From: Dehalococcoidia bacterium
GTDB taxonomy: Bacteria; Chloroflexota; Dehalococcoidia; SM23-28-2; RBG-16-64-32
Length of the DNA stretch: 64,000 nucleotides
Assembly: GCA_035512435.1 (NCBI GenBank)
Contig: DATKDX010000047.1
Coordinates: 137,393 to 201,392, forward strand
Reading direction: 5' to 3'
The notes below the pieces were generated by a model that worked only from the letters and a program-made list of their open reading frames with translations, was not told where the DNA came from and searched no databases. This document shows positions 45,399-57,647 of this stretch, piece after piece; within the stretch, counting starts at the first letter, position 1; each line of letters starts with the position of its first letter. The translations under genes were made by a program, and so were the position numbers.

Positions 45399-46442
45399 TC
45401 ACAGCAGCTTTACCCCGACGCTCTGCTCGTACACGGTATCGACCTTTGTGGCGTTGCGGGCGGCGGCGAGCGTAGCCAGGGCGTCGCAACGCTCGTTCTC
45501 GCGGTTGCCGTTGTGTCCGCGCACCCACTGGAAGTCGACGGCGTGCTTCTCGCAGAGCTTGAGGAGGCGCTCCCAGAGGTCGGGGTTGAGAGCGCGGTCG
45601 TCCTTGTTGCGCATCCAGCCGTTGGCCCGCCAACGTTTGGCCCAGCCCTTGGAGATGGCGTCGACGAGGTAGCGGGAGTCGCTGAAGAGGGTGACACTGC
45701 AAGGCTCCTTGAGGCCTTCGAGGCCGATGATGGCGGCGAGCATCTCCATGCGGTTGTTGGTGGTCTTGCGGTAACCGGCGGAGACTTCGAGGCGGTGCTT
45801 GCCGTACATCATGACGACGCCGTAGCCGCCGCGGCCGGGGTTGCCGATGCAGGCGCCGTCGGTGTAGATGGTGACGTGCTTGCGGTCGGTTGGGTTCGGC
45901 GTGCGGGGGATGGTGGCAGGAGGCGGCGAGCGATGCGCTTCGACTAGCTTCGAGCGTGTGGGGGAGTGGGAGCGGGCGGGCGGGGGTCCGGGACGCGACC
46001 CTTCAGCGCGAGCGCCGGGGTGGTCATTCTGCGAGCGGGGTGCGGGACGAGGCTCTTCGACAGGCTCGGAGAGAACGGTAATCGTGTCGCTCCCGCCGAC
46101 CGTTCGCCCTGAGCCCGGCGCGAGCCGGAGTCGAAGGGCTTCGTCTTCAGCGCTCGCCTTCGCCTTCTTGGTTTTCGCCAGGAGGCGGACCCGATCCCGG
46201 TTGCCCATTATCAGCGCTTCCTTCTTAGCTCTTGACCAGCCCTTTATCTGACGCTCCGCCTCCAGCGCCTCAATCCGTGTCGCGAATTCGTCCGAGAACA
46301 CTAGTCGCACGGGCCTGCGGGTCTGAGTGTATCCGGGGATTTCGCCCGCTTCGTGCTGAGCGATCCGAATCTCAAGGTTATCTGTGTGGCCGACGTAGTA
46401 GGAGTGGTCCACGCAGCGGAGGATGTAGACGTAGAAGCTCAT
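45399..46442 (-). CDS. GIY-YIG nuclease domain fused to RNase HI through a repeat-derived linker
   Basis: 347 aa. N-terminus: MSFYVYILRCVDHSYYVGHTDNLEIRIAQHEAG..RPVRLVFSDEF..ERQIKGWSRAKKEALI (YhbQ-like GIY-YIG). C-terminus: VTIYTDGACIGNPGRGGYG..NNRMEMLAAI..LFSDSRYL..WVRGHNGNRENERCDALA (RNase HI with the DEDD residues). The linker of about 115 codons has no in-frame ATG, GTG or TTG. Confidence 0.7.
   Translation of the reverse strand: MSFYVYILRCVDHSYYVGHTDNLEIRIAQHEAGEIPGYTQTRRPVRLVFSDEFATRIEALEAERQIKGWSRAKKEALIMGNRDRVRLLAKTKKAKASAEDEALRLRLAPGSGRTVGGSDTITVLSEPVEEPRPAPRSQNDHPGARAEGSRPGPPPARSHSPTRSKLVEAHRSPPPATIPRTPNPTDRKHVTIYTDGACIGNPGRGGYGVVMMYGKHRLEVSAGYRKTTNNRMEMLAAIIGLEGLKEPCSVTLFSDSRYLVDAISKGWAKRWRANGWMRNKDDRALNPDLWERLLKLCEKHAVDFQWVRGHNGNRENERCDALATLAAARNATKVDTVYEQSVGVKLL
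45935..46142. repeat. A-type repeat copies inside the linker-coding region of the fusion gene
   Basis: Degenerate copies at 45935-45964 and 45980-46020. A good copy lies at 46037-46078 (GGGGTGCGGGACGAGGCTCTTCGACAGGCTCGGAGAGAACGG). A reverse-oriented copy at 46100-46139 (CCGTTCGCCCTGAGCC..GTCGAAGGGC) forms an inverted pair with it. Confidence 0.7.
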
Positions 46443-46451
46443 GTGATCCCA

Positions 46452-46580
46452 CGCCCGGGTGGACGAAGCCCTTCGACACGCTCAGGGCGAACGGGTGCGG
46501 AGGGTTGGGCGAGAAGAGCGGTGTTGATCGACGGGCGGGGTGGACGGAGTTCTTCGACAGGCTCAGAGCGAACGGAGGCG
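46452..46580 (+). repeat. Two A-type repeat copies filling the intergenic gap upstream of the GIY-YIG/RNase HI gene
   Basis: 46457-46504 GGGTGGACGAAGCCCTTCGACACGCTCAGGGCGAACGGGTGCGGAGGG, and 46537-46578 GGGGTGGACGGAGTTCTTCGACAGGCTCAGAGCGAACGGAGG. Confidence 0.8.
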
Positions 46581-46584
46581 AATG

Positions 46585-48714
46585 TCATCGCGGCATGCCC
46601 TCTGCGCCGCCGCCGACGGTGATGACGCAGCCGCTGGTGTAGGCCGAGACGTCGGAGGCCAGCCAGAGGGCGGCTTCGGCGACGGCAGAGGCGGGTACAG
46701 TGGCGGTGTGGAAGAGGCTGCGCTCAGCGTAGCGGGCGAGCGTTTGTTCTTCGCTCTGGCCGCTGCGCTCTGAGCGCTCCTTGACCAGCGCGCGGAAGAG
46801 CGGCGTGTCGATGGCGTCGGCGTTGATGTAGTTGGCGGTGATGCCGTGGCGGCTCAGTTCATTGGCGGCGTTGCGGACGTAGTGGACGAGTGCAGCCTTG
46901 GCTGCGCCGTAAGCGGCGGCGCCTTCGCCGGGTGCGAAGGCGGCCTTCGAGGCGTTGTAGATGAGGCGGCCACCCAAGCCCGCGGCGAGCATGTCCTGCG
47001 AGGCGGCGCGGGTCGCGGCGACGGCGCCCTTAAAGTGGACTCGCAACTGTACCTCGACCTCCTCGTCCCCCATGTCCGCGACCGGGTGCAGTTCCGGCGG
47101 AACGCCCGGGGAGTAAAAGAGCACGTCGATGCCGCCGAATCGCAGGCAGGTCTCGCGGACGGCGTCCTCCATCGCCTCCGGGTCGGCGGCGTTGGCGGTT
47201 AGAGGGTAGGCGCGCTCGGCGTTGAATTCTTTGATGGCATCCGCAGCGGCTTGCGCTCGGTCGAGGTCGAGATCGGCGAGGGTTACGTGGGCGCCTTCGG
47301 CGGCGAAGCGCTGGGCGGTGGCGAGGCCGATGCCGCTGGCTGCACCGATGACGAGTGCGATCTTGCCGTCGAGAGGGTGGCTTGCCTTGAGGCCCTCCTC
47401 GATCTTGCGGCGCTCGAGGGGCCAGTACTCCATCTCGCAAACGTCGGCGTCGGGGAGTGACGCGAAAAATTCGATGGCTTCGGCGCCGGCCATTGCGCGG
47501 AGGGTGGCTTTGTAACAGGTGGCCGCGACAAGGGCGCTGCGGCGGTCCTTGCCGGCGAAGAAGGCGCCGACTCCGGGGACGGCGATGACCTTGAGCCAAT
47601 CGGGGATGGGTTTGGTTTGGCCGTTGGCGGCGAGGTAGGCCTCGTATTCGGCGCGGAAGTCGTCGAAAGCGGAGGTGATGGCGTTGGCGTTGGCGGGATG
47701 TAGGGGCGCAGCAACCTCTGCAATCTCATCCGCAGACGAATGCGGTTCCGCAGGTTGCTGCGCCCCTACGGCGGGGTCCGCGAGAAGGCCGGGATCAAGA
47801 ACCAGCGGCTGCCTTCCCGAGCGCATGATGTGTTCGGGGGTCATGACGCCGCGGGAGGCGAGTTCCGGGAATTCCGGAGAAGATACCGCCTCCAGCACCT
47901 CCGCCGAATCGTCAAATGCCAGAACACATCGCCAGCCGAGGCGCGCCAGGTTGCCGCGGATCAGCGGGGCAAGGCGAGCGGCGGTGGAGCGGCGCTCCGG
48001 TTCGGCAGGTATGGGCGAGTCGCCAGCGAAGACTTTCTTGCCCGCGGAGTGCTCCGCGACGTATTCCTCGGCGCGAGTGATGATGGAGACGAGATTGGCG
48101 TAGCACTCTTTCGCGGTCTCGCCCCAGGTGCAGAGGCCATGCTTCTCCATCGCAAGGCCGATGGCGCTGGCGGGAGGTCCGTCACCATAGCGTTCCGCCA
48201 TCCGCTTCGCCAGTGGAAACCCCGGCCGTACGTATTCCAGGAACGCCACGTCTGCGCCGAAGACCCGCTCCACGTGCTCCCACGCAGACGGCGTGTCCGT
48301 CAGCGAGAGCGTGGCGACGTCGTGGGTGTGGGCGACGAACCGGTATGGGATGATCGAGTGCAGCGGCGTCTCGACGCTCGGCGCCGGATCGCGGTCAACG
48401 AAGAGCATGGAGGCGCGCATTAGGGCCATCATCTCTTCGTCGGACATGGCGTCGCGTTCGCGGAGGGTTGCGAGGCGGTCGAGGTAGAGGTGGGTGAAGC
48501 CGGCGGGAGTGATGGTGCGGAGGGCGGTGCCGCTGCCCTTTACGGCGAGCGCATGGACGCGGCAGCCGAAGACGTCTTCGACTTCGAGTTTGACGGACGT
48601 GTTGCCGCCGCCTGGCTGCACGAGGTCTTCGTCGGCGCCGATGAGGTTGGAGAGGTAGACGAGTTGGGAGATGGCGTCGCCGCCGGCGTTCTCGTCACGC
48701 CAGAGGTTGTTCAA
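46585..48714 (-). CDS. Bifunctional class II aldolase / short-chain dehydrogenase (YuxG/RhaD-like)
   Basis: ..NNLWRDENAGG..QLVYLSNLIGADEDLVQPGGGNTSVK.. is the aldolase N-domain, and the C-terminal half is an SDR (ALVIGAASGIGLA). The ORF is open up to 48939, but that would overlap tldD. The TTG at 48714 gives the N-terminus typical of the family. Confidence 0.8.
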   Translation of the reverse strand: MNNLWRDENAGGDAISQLVYLSNLIGADEDLVQPGGGNTSVKLEVEDVFGCRVHALAVKGSGTALRTITPAGFTHLYLDRLATLRERDAMSDEEMMALMRASMLFVDRDPAPSVETPLHSIIPYRFVAHTHDVATLSLTDTPSAWEHVERVFGADVAFLEYVRPGFPLAKRMAERYGDGPPASAIGLAMEKHGLCTWGETAKECYANLVSIITRAEEYVAEHSAGKKVFAGDSPIPAEPERRSTAARLAPLIRGNLARLGWRCVLAFDDSAEVLEAVSSPEFPELASRGVMTPEHIMRSGRQPLVLDPGLLADPAVGAQQPAEPHSSADEIAEVAAPLHPANANAITSAFDDFRAEYEAYLAANGQTKPIPDWLKVIAVPGVGAFFAGKDRRSALVAATCYKATLRAMAGAEAIEFFASLPDADVCEMEYWPLERRKIEEGLKASHPLDGKIALVIGAASGIGLATAQRFAAEGAHVTLADLDLDRAQAAADAIKEFNAERAYPLTANAADPEAMEDAVRETCLRFGGIDVLFYSPGVPPELHPVADMGDEEVEVQLRVHFKGAVAATRAASQDMLAAGLGGRLIYNASKAAFAPGEGAAAYGAAKAALVHYVRNAANELSRHGITANYINADAIDTPLFRALVKERSERSGQSEEQTLARYAERSLFHTATVPASAVAEAALWLASDVSAYTSGCVITVGGGAEGMPR

Positions 48715-48895
48715 CTTGTCACCCTGAGGAACGAAGGGTCTGTCCAGATTGGGGCGCAACGAAAGCGCGATGACGTGATCGGGACCTCGCTCAACGTCCC
48801 GATCGAGGCAGTCAGCGGGGAGCGCTTGCTTGAGGACAGATTCTTCGTTCGCTGCGGCCGCCAATAGCGACCTGCGCTCCTCAGAATGACAGGTG

Positions 48896-50461
48896 TCATC
48901 GCCCGGTGAGACGGGCGCGGGAGCGCATGGTGGGGCCACCGTTGGACATGCGTTTTGTTTGCATCGGCTGACCCTTGCCGCAGTTGGGGATCGAAAACAG
49001 TTGGAAGTCGTCGGCGACAGCGTCGACGTTCATGAAGAAGTCGCGCGTGTCGCTGAAGAGGCCGCCGTCGCGGAACATCTCGCCGATTTCGCCGTTCTCG
49101 ATCTTGTAGACCTTCATCGCGGTGATGCGGAAGTTCTCACGGGACTCGGCGATCGAGGGGATGCGGTGGCCGACGACGTAGTATCCGTCGTCGACCTCGC
49201 GGATGATGTCGTGGTGGTCGCGGTCGCCGGGTGCGAAGGCCGTGTTGGACATGCGGATCAGTGGGACGAGCGAGGCGTCTGTCGCCTTGTAGTGGCCGTT
49301 GGGCTCAACGTCGGTGATGGCTGCGGTCTGGCGGCTGTTGGAGAAGCCGTTGAAGATGCCCTTGTCGAAGTGGTAGATGCGGCGGGCCGGCGTACCTTCG
49401 TCGTCGTACTTGTAGTGGCCGAAGCCATCGATGGTCGGATCGCTGAAAGCTGTCACGAGGTCCGAACCGACACGCTTGCCCAGCTGGTTTTCGTTCATGT
49501 CGCGCAGGAACCAGGAGCGGCCCGCGTATCCGGTTTCGAACTTGAGCGCGCGGTCCAGCTCCGTCGGATGGCCGACTACCTCGTGGCAGAGAAGCGCGTT
49601 GTAGTGCGGGTCGGTGACGACGACGACGTCCTTGTCCGTGGCCTTTAGCGGCTTGCAGGCACTCAGCGACACCGCGTCGCGGGCCACTTCCAGCGAGAAG
49701 TCCATGAGGTGCGGGAACTTGATGAACTCCTCGTCGACGCCGTGTGTGATGACCTCCCAGCCGCGCTGGTGGCCTGTGTAGTCGTAGAGTTCCTGGTGAC
49801 CGTCCTCGCCCTGGGCGATGATGAATGTCGTCCCCTGCGATATCGCGTAAGCCTGGTCGATGTTGGCGCCCTCGCTGCTGACGAACAGCTGGCGCTGGAG
49901 CTCCGTGAACGCGGAGACGTAGTTGTAGGCGACTCCCTTGTCGAGGTCACGGACCCTTGCAGAGACATCGCGCACATAGGTGACCGCGTCGTCGAGGTCG
50001 ACTTCTCGCGGATCGATTGCGTACTGCGCATCCGTCTGGTCCTGCCGCACGTCAATCGGTGCCAGCGTGAGGTCATATAGGGAGCTACCGAGGGCGCCAT
50101 AGCGGCTCCGCGCCGCATCCTTGCCCCGCGCGTTGGCCACTGCGCGGTTGTAGGCGCTGTCAAGCGCGTCGCGGAGGCGCTCCTGAAGGCGGGGCAGGTC
50201 GGCCGTGCCTACCTGCTCTCCGAAGAAGCCGGGCGACGCCAAGTGCTCGCCCGCCAGCACACGAACGCCGAAGGAGAAGCCGTAGTCCTCACCGCCGAAC
50301 TTGTCCATGCCGTTCTCGGCCACCGCCACCTTGCCTTCGCTGACCTCTATGCGTACGTCGGCGTATCGGCAGAACCGCTTGCTCCTGGGGTATGACGAAA
50401 GCAGGTCGAACACGGCGTCCCGAATGTCGGGGATTACTTCGATGCTTACCTTCTCAGGCAC
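48896..50461 (-). CDS. tldD: TldD family zinc metalloprotease
   Basis: HEVVGHPTELD motif (HExxGHxxExD). GTG at 50461 is preceded by GGAGG. The ORF-track start at 50584 would overlap vapC. Confidence 0.85.
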   Translation of the reverse strand: MPEKVSIEVIPDIRDAVFDLLSSYPRSKRFCRYADVRIEVSEGKVAVAENGMDKFGGEDYGFSFGVRVLAGEHLASPGFFGEQVGTADLPRLQERLRDALDSAYNRAVANARGKDAARSRYGALGSSLYDLTLAPIDVRQDQTDAQYAIDPREVDLDDAVTYVRDVSARVRDLDKGVAYNYVSAFTELQRQLFVSSEGANIDQAYAISQGTTFIIAQGEDGHQELYDYTGHQRGWEVITHGVDEEFIKFPHLMDFSLEVARDAVSLSACKPLKATDKDVVVVTDPHYNALLCHEVVGHPTELDRALKFETGYAGRSWFLRDMNENQLGKRVGSDLVTAFSDPTIDGFGHYKYDDEGTPARRIYHFDKGIFNGFSNSRQTAAITDVEPNGHYKATDASLVPLIRMSNTAFAPGDRDHHDIIREVDDGYYVVGHRIPSIAESRENFRITAMKVYKIENGEIGEMFRDGGLFSDTRDFFMNVDAVADDFQLFSIPNCGKGQPMQTKRMSNGGPTMRSRARLTGR

Positions 50462-50552
50462 GGGAAGCCTCCGTCTAGGGAATCGTGGCGGCGGGTATCG
50501 AGCGGCCGGGGCAGGGGCACGCCCGAATTGTAAGGCGGAGCGCAGGACAGGT

Positions 50553-51005
50553 CTAGGTGTCGATGACCAGCGGCGCCCACTCATCGACCAGCAAGGGATC
50601 GAGGCGTTCGGTGCCGTCGATGGCGTCGAACGCCTTGTCGGCGGAGACGACGCGTCTGCAACCGACGCGATTCATGATCGCGAGGTGAACCAAATCGCGG
50701 GCCTGGAGGTTGCCATGCATTAGGGCGAGCGCACCGGCCGCTCGAATGTCTTCCGCCCTGACTTCATGAATCCGATCCTGCAAGGCAGTGAAGGCGTCTT
50801 CCACGAACATTCGCGCCTGCTCCCGGCGTCGTAACGCCATGAAACGATGGAGAAGCTCCTGGAGCACTTCAGCGTTTGTGAAGAAGTGCTCGCTTCGCGC
50901 TGCAAGTTCCAGAATTCGGATCGACGGAAGCTTTAGCGGATGTTCGCCGCCGACCGCATACATGAGAATGTTGGCGTCAAGGAAGATCGGGGTAGCGCTT
51001 GTCAT
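50553..51005 (-). CDS. vapC: VapC family PIN-domain toxin
   Basis: 150 aa. ..PIFLDANILMYA.. provides the first acidic residue, followed by later ..RDLVHLAIM.. and ..VVSADKAFD.. . Confidence 0.8.
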   Translation of the reverse strand: MTSATPIFLDANILMYAVGGEHPLKLPSIRILELAARSEHFFTNAEVLQELLHRFMALRRREQARMFVEDAFTALQDRIHEVRAEDIRAAGALALMHGNLQARDLVHLAIMNRVGCRRVVSADKAFDAIDGTERLDPLLVDEWAPLVIDT

Positions 51006-51249
51006 AGTCTGCCAGGATCTGGCGCCGCAATTCCTCAGGATCAGGCATCTCTCCGAGGTCGGTCTCCGCCATCCGCTTCACTGCCTCAAGCCGCTTCTGC
51101 AGCATCACCTTCTCGTACGCCTCATCGATAGCCCGGCGCACAGCCTCCGAAACGGAGCTGTGGTACGCGGCCTTCAACTCGCCTATTTTCTTGATGTGCT
51201 CGTCGTCCAAGCGGACTTCTAAACGTTCGTACTTCATGGCGTACGCCAT
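50977..51249 (-). CDS. vapB: Ribbon-helix-helix antitoxin (VapB-like)
   Basis: 90 aa. ..YERLEVRLDDEHIKKIGELKAAYHSSVSEAVRRAIDEAY.. has an RHH pattern. It overlaps the vapC start by 29 nt. Confidence 0.65.
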   Translation of the reverse strand: MAYAMKYERLEVRLDDEHIKKIGELKAAYHSSVSEAVRRAIDEAYEKVMLQKRLEAVKRMAETDLGEMPDPEELRRQILADYDKRYPDLP

Positions 51250-51287
51250 GGTACGGCATTAGTCATACGGCGTCAAGGGTACGGCGC

Positions 51288-52716
<1,429 letters not shown>

Positions 52717-52724
<8 letters not shown>

Positions 52725-55700
52725 GTGTCTTGCCCTTCACGGTGCCCGGCGAAACGGCACTGTTCCTGGCGGTGCGCCCGTTCTTGCCGTTCGCCGAGGC
52801 CTTCACCTTCGGGCGCACTGACTGTGCTTGCTCCAGCAGCACCCGCTTGTAGTCGATCGGCATGACTTTGACAAATTGCGCCGTGATCTTCGGCCACTGC
52901 TTCAACAGGCCCTCGGCCAAGGTGCTGCCGGTGTGTTCGCGGTGGCGCTCCAGCAGGCCCCGCACGAGGTCGATGTCCTCGGCGTCGTCCAGTTGCTCCA
53001 GGTCCACCATTTCCTTGTTGCAGCGGACGTGGAAGTCGCCGTCAGGGTCATAGACGTAGGCGATGCCGCCACTCATGCCGGCCGCGAAGTTGCGGCCCGT
53101 CTTGCCGATGATCACCACGCGGCCTCCGGTCATGTATTCGCAGCCGTGGTCACCGACGCCCTCGACGACCGCCATGGCGCCCGAGTTGCGGACGCAAAAG
53201 CGCTCGCCGGCGACGCCGCGCGCGAAGAGCATCCCGCCGGTCGCTCCGTAAAGGGCGACGTTGCCGATGATGATGTTTTCCTCCGCCACGAAGGTCGATT
53301 CCTTCGGCGGGTAAACGATCAGCTTGCCGCCGGAGAGGCCCTTCCCGCAGTAGTCGTTGGAATCGCCTTCGAGGAAGAGCGTCATGCCGCGCGGCACGAA
53401 GGCCCCGAAGCTCTGGCCGGCTGAGCCCTTGAAGCGGACCGTGATCGTATCGTCGGGCAGGCCGTCGATGCCGTACTTGCGGGAAATCTCGCTGCCGGTA
53501 ATCGTGCCGACTGTGCGGTTGACGTTGCGGATCGGCATCTCGAGCGCGACTTTTTCGCCGCTGGCGATCGCCTTTTTCACCTTCGGCAGGATCTGCTTGT
53601 CGAGCGCCTTGTCGAGGCCATGGTCCTGCTCGATGATGCAGTGTGTCGCCACGTCTGGCCCCATATCCGGGCGGTAGAAGATGGCGCTGAAGTCCAGGCC
53701 TTTCGCCTTGTAGTGATCCAGGGCCTTGCGCATGTCCAGCAGGTCGCTGCGGCCGATGATCTCGTCCAGGTTGCGGTAGCCCATCGCCGCGAGGTATTCG
53801 CGTATCTCCTCGGCGATGAAGCGGAAGAAGTTGACGACGTGCTCGGCCTTTCCCTCGAACTTTTCGCGGAGCTGCGGGTTCTGCGTCGCGATACCGACGG
53901 GGCAGGTGTCCAGGTGGCAGACGCGCATCATAATGCAGCCCATCACCACCAGCGGCGCCGTCGCGAAACCGTACTCCTCCGCACCCAGCAGCGCACCGAT
54001 GATCACATCGCGGCCCGTCTTCATCTGGCCGTCCGTCTGCACGATGATGCGATCGCGGAGCTTGTTCAGCACCAGCGTCTGCTGCGTCTCCGCCAGGCCG
54101 AGCTCCCAGGGGATGCCGGCATGCTTGATCGAGGTCAGAGGGCTGGCGCCGGTACCGCCGTCGTGGCCACTGATGAGGACGACGTCGGACTTCGCCTTGG
54201 CGACGCCCGCCGCGACGGTGCCGACGCCGACTTCGGCCACCAGCTTGACGCTGATGCGGGCTCGCGGATTGCTGTTCTTGAGGTCGTGGATGAGCTGGGC
54301 CAGGTCCTCGATTGAGTAGATGTCGTGGTGCGGCGGCGGGCTGATGAGCCCCACACCCGGCGTGGAGTAGCGGACCTCGGCGATCCACGGCCAGACCTTG
54401 TGACCGGGCAGCTGACCGCCTTCACCGGGCTTGGCGCCCTGCGCCATCTTGATCTGCAGTTCGTCGGCGTTGACCAGGTACTCGCTGGTCACGCCGAAGC
54501 GCCCGGAGGCAACCTGCTTGATCGCGCTGCGGCGGCGGTCGCCGTTGGCGTCGGGCTTGAAGCGTCGGCGGTCCTCGCCACCTTCACCCGTGTTGCTCTT
54601 GCCGCCGATGCGGTTCATGGCGATGGCCAGAGTCTCGTGTGCTTCGGCGCCGATCGAGCCGAAGGACATGGCGCCGGTAGCGAAGCGGCGGAAGATCGCC
54701 TCTGCCGGCTCGACTTCGTCTATTGGTACCGGCTTGCGGTCCGACTTGATGTTGAAGAGGCCGCGGAGGGTGCAGAGCCGTTCGCTCTGGTCGTCCACCA
54801 TGCGGGTGTATTCCCTGAAGACTTCCTGGCGCCCGGAGCGCGTTGAGTGCTGCAGGCGGAACACTGTCTCCGGGTTGAAGAGGTGAAACTCGCCGTCGCG
54901 GCGCCACTGGTACTGGCCGCCCCAGAGCAGCTCCTCCAGCCCGCCGTCCCGCTCCGGGAAGGCGCGTGTGTGGTGGTAGAGCGCGTCCATGGCAATCTCT
55001 TCGACACCGACGCCGCCGATGCGCGAAGCCGTGAATGTGAAATATTCGTCGATGAAGTCCTGCGCCAGGCCGATGGCCTCGAAAATCTGGGCGCCGCGGT
55101 AGCTCTGGATGGTGCTGATCCCCATCTTGGACATGATCTTGACGACGCCCTTCTTGCACGCCTTCAAGTAGTGCGCCACCGCCTCTTCGTACGAGATCGA
55201 GGCGTCCATCAGGCCTTCGTCGCGCATGCCGCGCAGCGTGTCCAGGGCTAGATAGGGATTGATGGCGCCGGCGCCGTATCCGATCAGCAGCGCGAAGTGG
55301 TGCGCCTCCCGCGCGTCGCCGGTCTCCAGGATCAGGCCGACTTGCGTGCGGCGCCGCTCGCGCACGAGGTGGTTGTTGAGGCCGGCGACGGCGAGGAGCG
55401 CCGGTATCGGCGCGTTGTCCTTGTCGACGCTGCGGTCGGAGAGGATGAGCACGCGAGCACCGTCGTCGATGTAGGCGTCGGCGTCCCTGCAGAGGCGCTC
55501 CATCGCCGCCGCCAGGCCACGCGGGCCATCGGCTGTCCGGAACGTCGTCGGCAGGACGCGTGCGCGGATTTTGCCGTTCTTCGCGGCCTTGAAGCGCGCC
55601 AGCGCCTCATTGCTGATGAAAGGAGAATCAAGCTCGACCATCGCGGCGTTGCTCGCCGCGGGATCGATCAGGTCGCCCTCGGGGCCGATGGTCGACTTAA

Positions 55701-57372
55701 CCGAAGTCACGATCTCTTCGCGGATGGCGTCGAGCGGCGGGTTTGTGACCTGGGCGAAGAGTTGCTTGAAGTAGTTGTAGAGCGGTTGTGGCTTATCGGA
55801 TAGAACGGCGAGCGGCGTGTCCGTGCCCATGGAGCCGACGGCCTCCTGGCCGTCCCGCGACATGGGGCCCAGGATGTACTTCAGGTCCTCGACGGTGTAG
55901 CCGAAGGCGATCTGCTGTTGCAAAAGGGTGCCGCCGGTCAGCGGCTTCTCCGGCTTGCCCTGAGGCAGGTCGTCGAGGCTGCGCAGGTTCTTGCGGAGCC
56001 ACTCTCCGTACGGCTTCTCGCTGGCCATCCCGTGCTTCAGCTCTTCGTCGGCGATGATGCGCCCCTGGGCCATGTCCACGAGGAACATGCGGCCCGGCTG
56101 CAAACGCCCCTTGCTCAGCACGTTCTCTGGTTCGACCGGCAGCACGCCGACCTCGGATGCCATGATCACGTAGTCGTCCTTCGTCACGTAGAAGCGCGAT
56201 GGGCGGAGGCCGTTGCGGTCGAGCACGGCTCCGATCTTGGTGCCGTCGGTGAAGGCGATGGAGGCAGGACCGTCCCAAGGCTCCATCAGGCAGAAGTGGT
56301 AGCGGTAGAAGTCCTTCTTCTCCTGGCTCATCGACTCGTGGCCGTCCCAGGGTTCCGGGATCATCATCATCACGGCATGCTCAATCGGGCGACCGGCCAT
56401 GACGAGCAGTTCCAGGGCGTTATCAAAGCACGCCGTGTCGCTGCCGGTCTCGTCGATGACGGGTATGACGCGCTGGATGTCCGGTATCAGAGCCGATTCG
56501 AAGAGGGCTTCGCGGGCGCGCATCCAGTTGATGTTGCCGCGCAGCGTGTTGATCTCGCCGTTGTGGGAGATCATGCGGTAGGGGTGGGCCAGCTTCCAGC
56601 TGGGGAAAGTGTTCGTGCTGAAACGGCTGTGGAACATACAGAGCGCGCTTGCCAGACGCTTGTCCTGCAGGTCCGGGAAGTAGCCGCGCAGCTGCGTCGC
56701 CATGAGCATGCCCTTATAGACGAGCGTGCGGCAGGAAAGGCTGGGGAAGTAGTAGGAGTGCGCGTCCGGGATGTCGGAGCGGTCGATGGCGTTGCGGAAG
56801 AGCTTGCGGATGACGAAGAGGCGGCGCTCGAAGGCATCCTGGCTGGTGATGTGTTTCCCGCGGCCCACGAATACGTGGTACATGTCGGGCTCGGCGGCGA
56901 GGGCCGTTGCGCCGATCATCGAGTTGTCGGTCGGCACCTTTCGCCAGCCCAACAGATGCTGTCCGTCTTCCTCGACGACGTTCTGGAAGAGGCGCATCGC
57001 CTTCGTCTGCTCCTTGGCGCCTCTGGGCATGAAGAAGAGTCCGACGCCGTAGCCCTCAGGGTCCTGCGGCAGGCGGATCTCCTCGTGCGCGCAGACGTGG
57101 GCGAAGAAGTCGTGCGGGATCTGGATGAGGACGCCTGCGCCGTCGCCGGTGTTGGCCTCGCAGCCGCAGGCGCCGCGGTGGTCCAGGTGCTCGAGCGCCG
57201 TGATCCCGTCCTCGATGACTTTGTGGGACTTCTGCCCCTTCAAGTGCACCAGGAAGCCGACGCCGCAGCTGTCGTGCTCGTGGAACGGATCATATAACCC
57301 TTGCGCCGTTGGGGCGGCCGCGCCGGGGGTATGGTTGTCGATAGATATACGTCTAGTGGGGTTAGTGTCCAT
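52717..57372 (-). CDS. gltB: Glutamate synthase large subunit
   Basis: 1551 aa. Ntn amidotransferase CGVGFLV after a propeptide, an FMN/Fe-S central domain, and a C-terminal GXGXG domain. Confidence 0.95.
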
Positions 57373-57624
57373 GTGCCCTCTCCTTAAAGAGTGCCGCTAG
57401 TTCGTAGCGGGAGGGGTCAGCCGCCCTACAGGCGAATCGGGCGACTCGGCCTTATTGCGGGAGGTCAGAGAGCGGCAGGCGACCGGAGTTAGCGGAACTC
57501 CTGCGGTCGCGTTACGTGTTCTGGGCTTCTTCATGGTTTTCTCGCTCCCGCCGCGCGAAAAACGTATGTTCAGTATATCCGTGCGCCGGAAAGTTGTCAC
57601 GTTCCCGGCGGGGTTATAGACAAC

Positions 57625-57647
57625 GCTAATCGCAAAGTCAGATTAGC
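57625..57647. promoter_or_regulatory. Inverted repeat GCTAATC-N9-GATTAGC in the gltB/groEL intergenic region
   Basis: Perfect 7-bp arms at 57625-57631 and 57641-57647, about 250 nt upstream of the gltB start. Function unknown. Confidence 0.3.

Noticed and set aside
57397-57600. 67-aa ORF in the gltB leader, and the 131-aa ORF 35072-35467(-) antisense to rpmB.
   Set aside because: They have no RBS, an odd basic and low-complexity composition, and they overlap a leader or a highly conserved gene. I treat them as non-coding.
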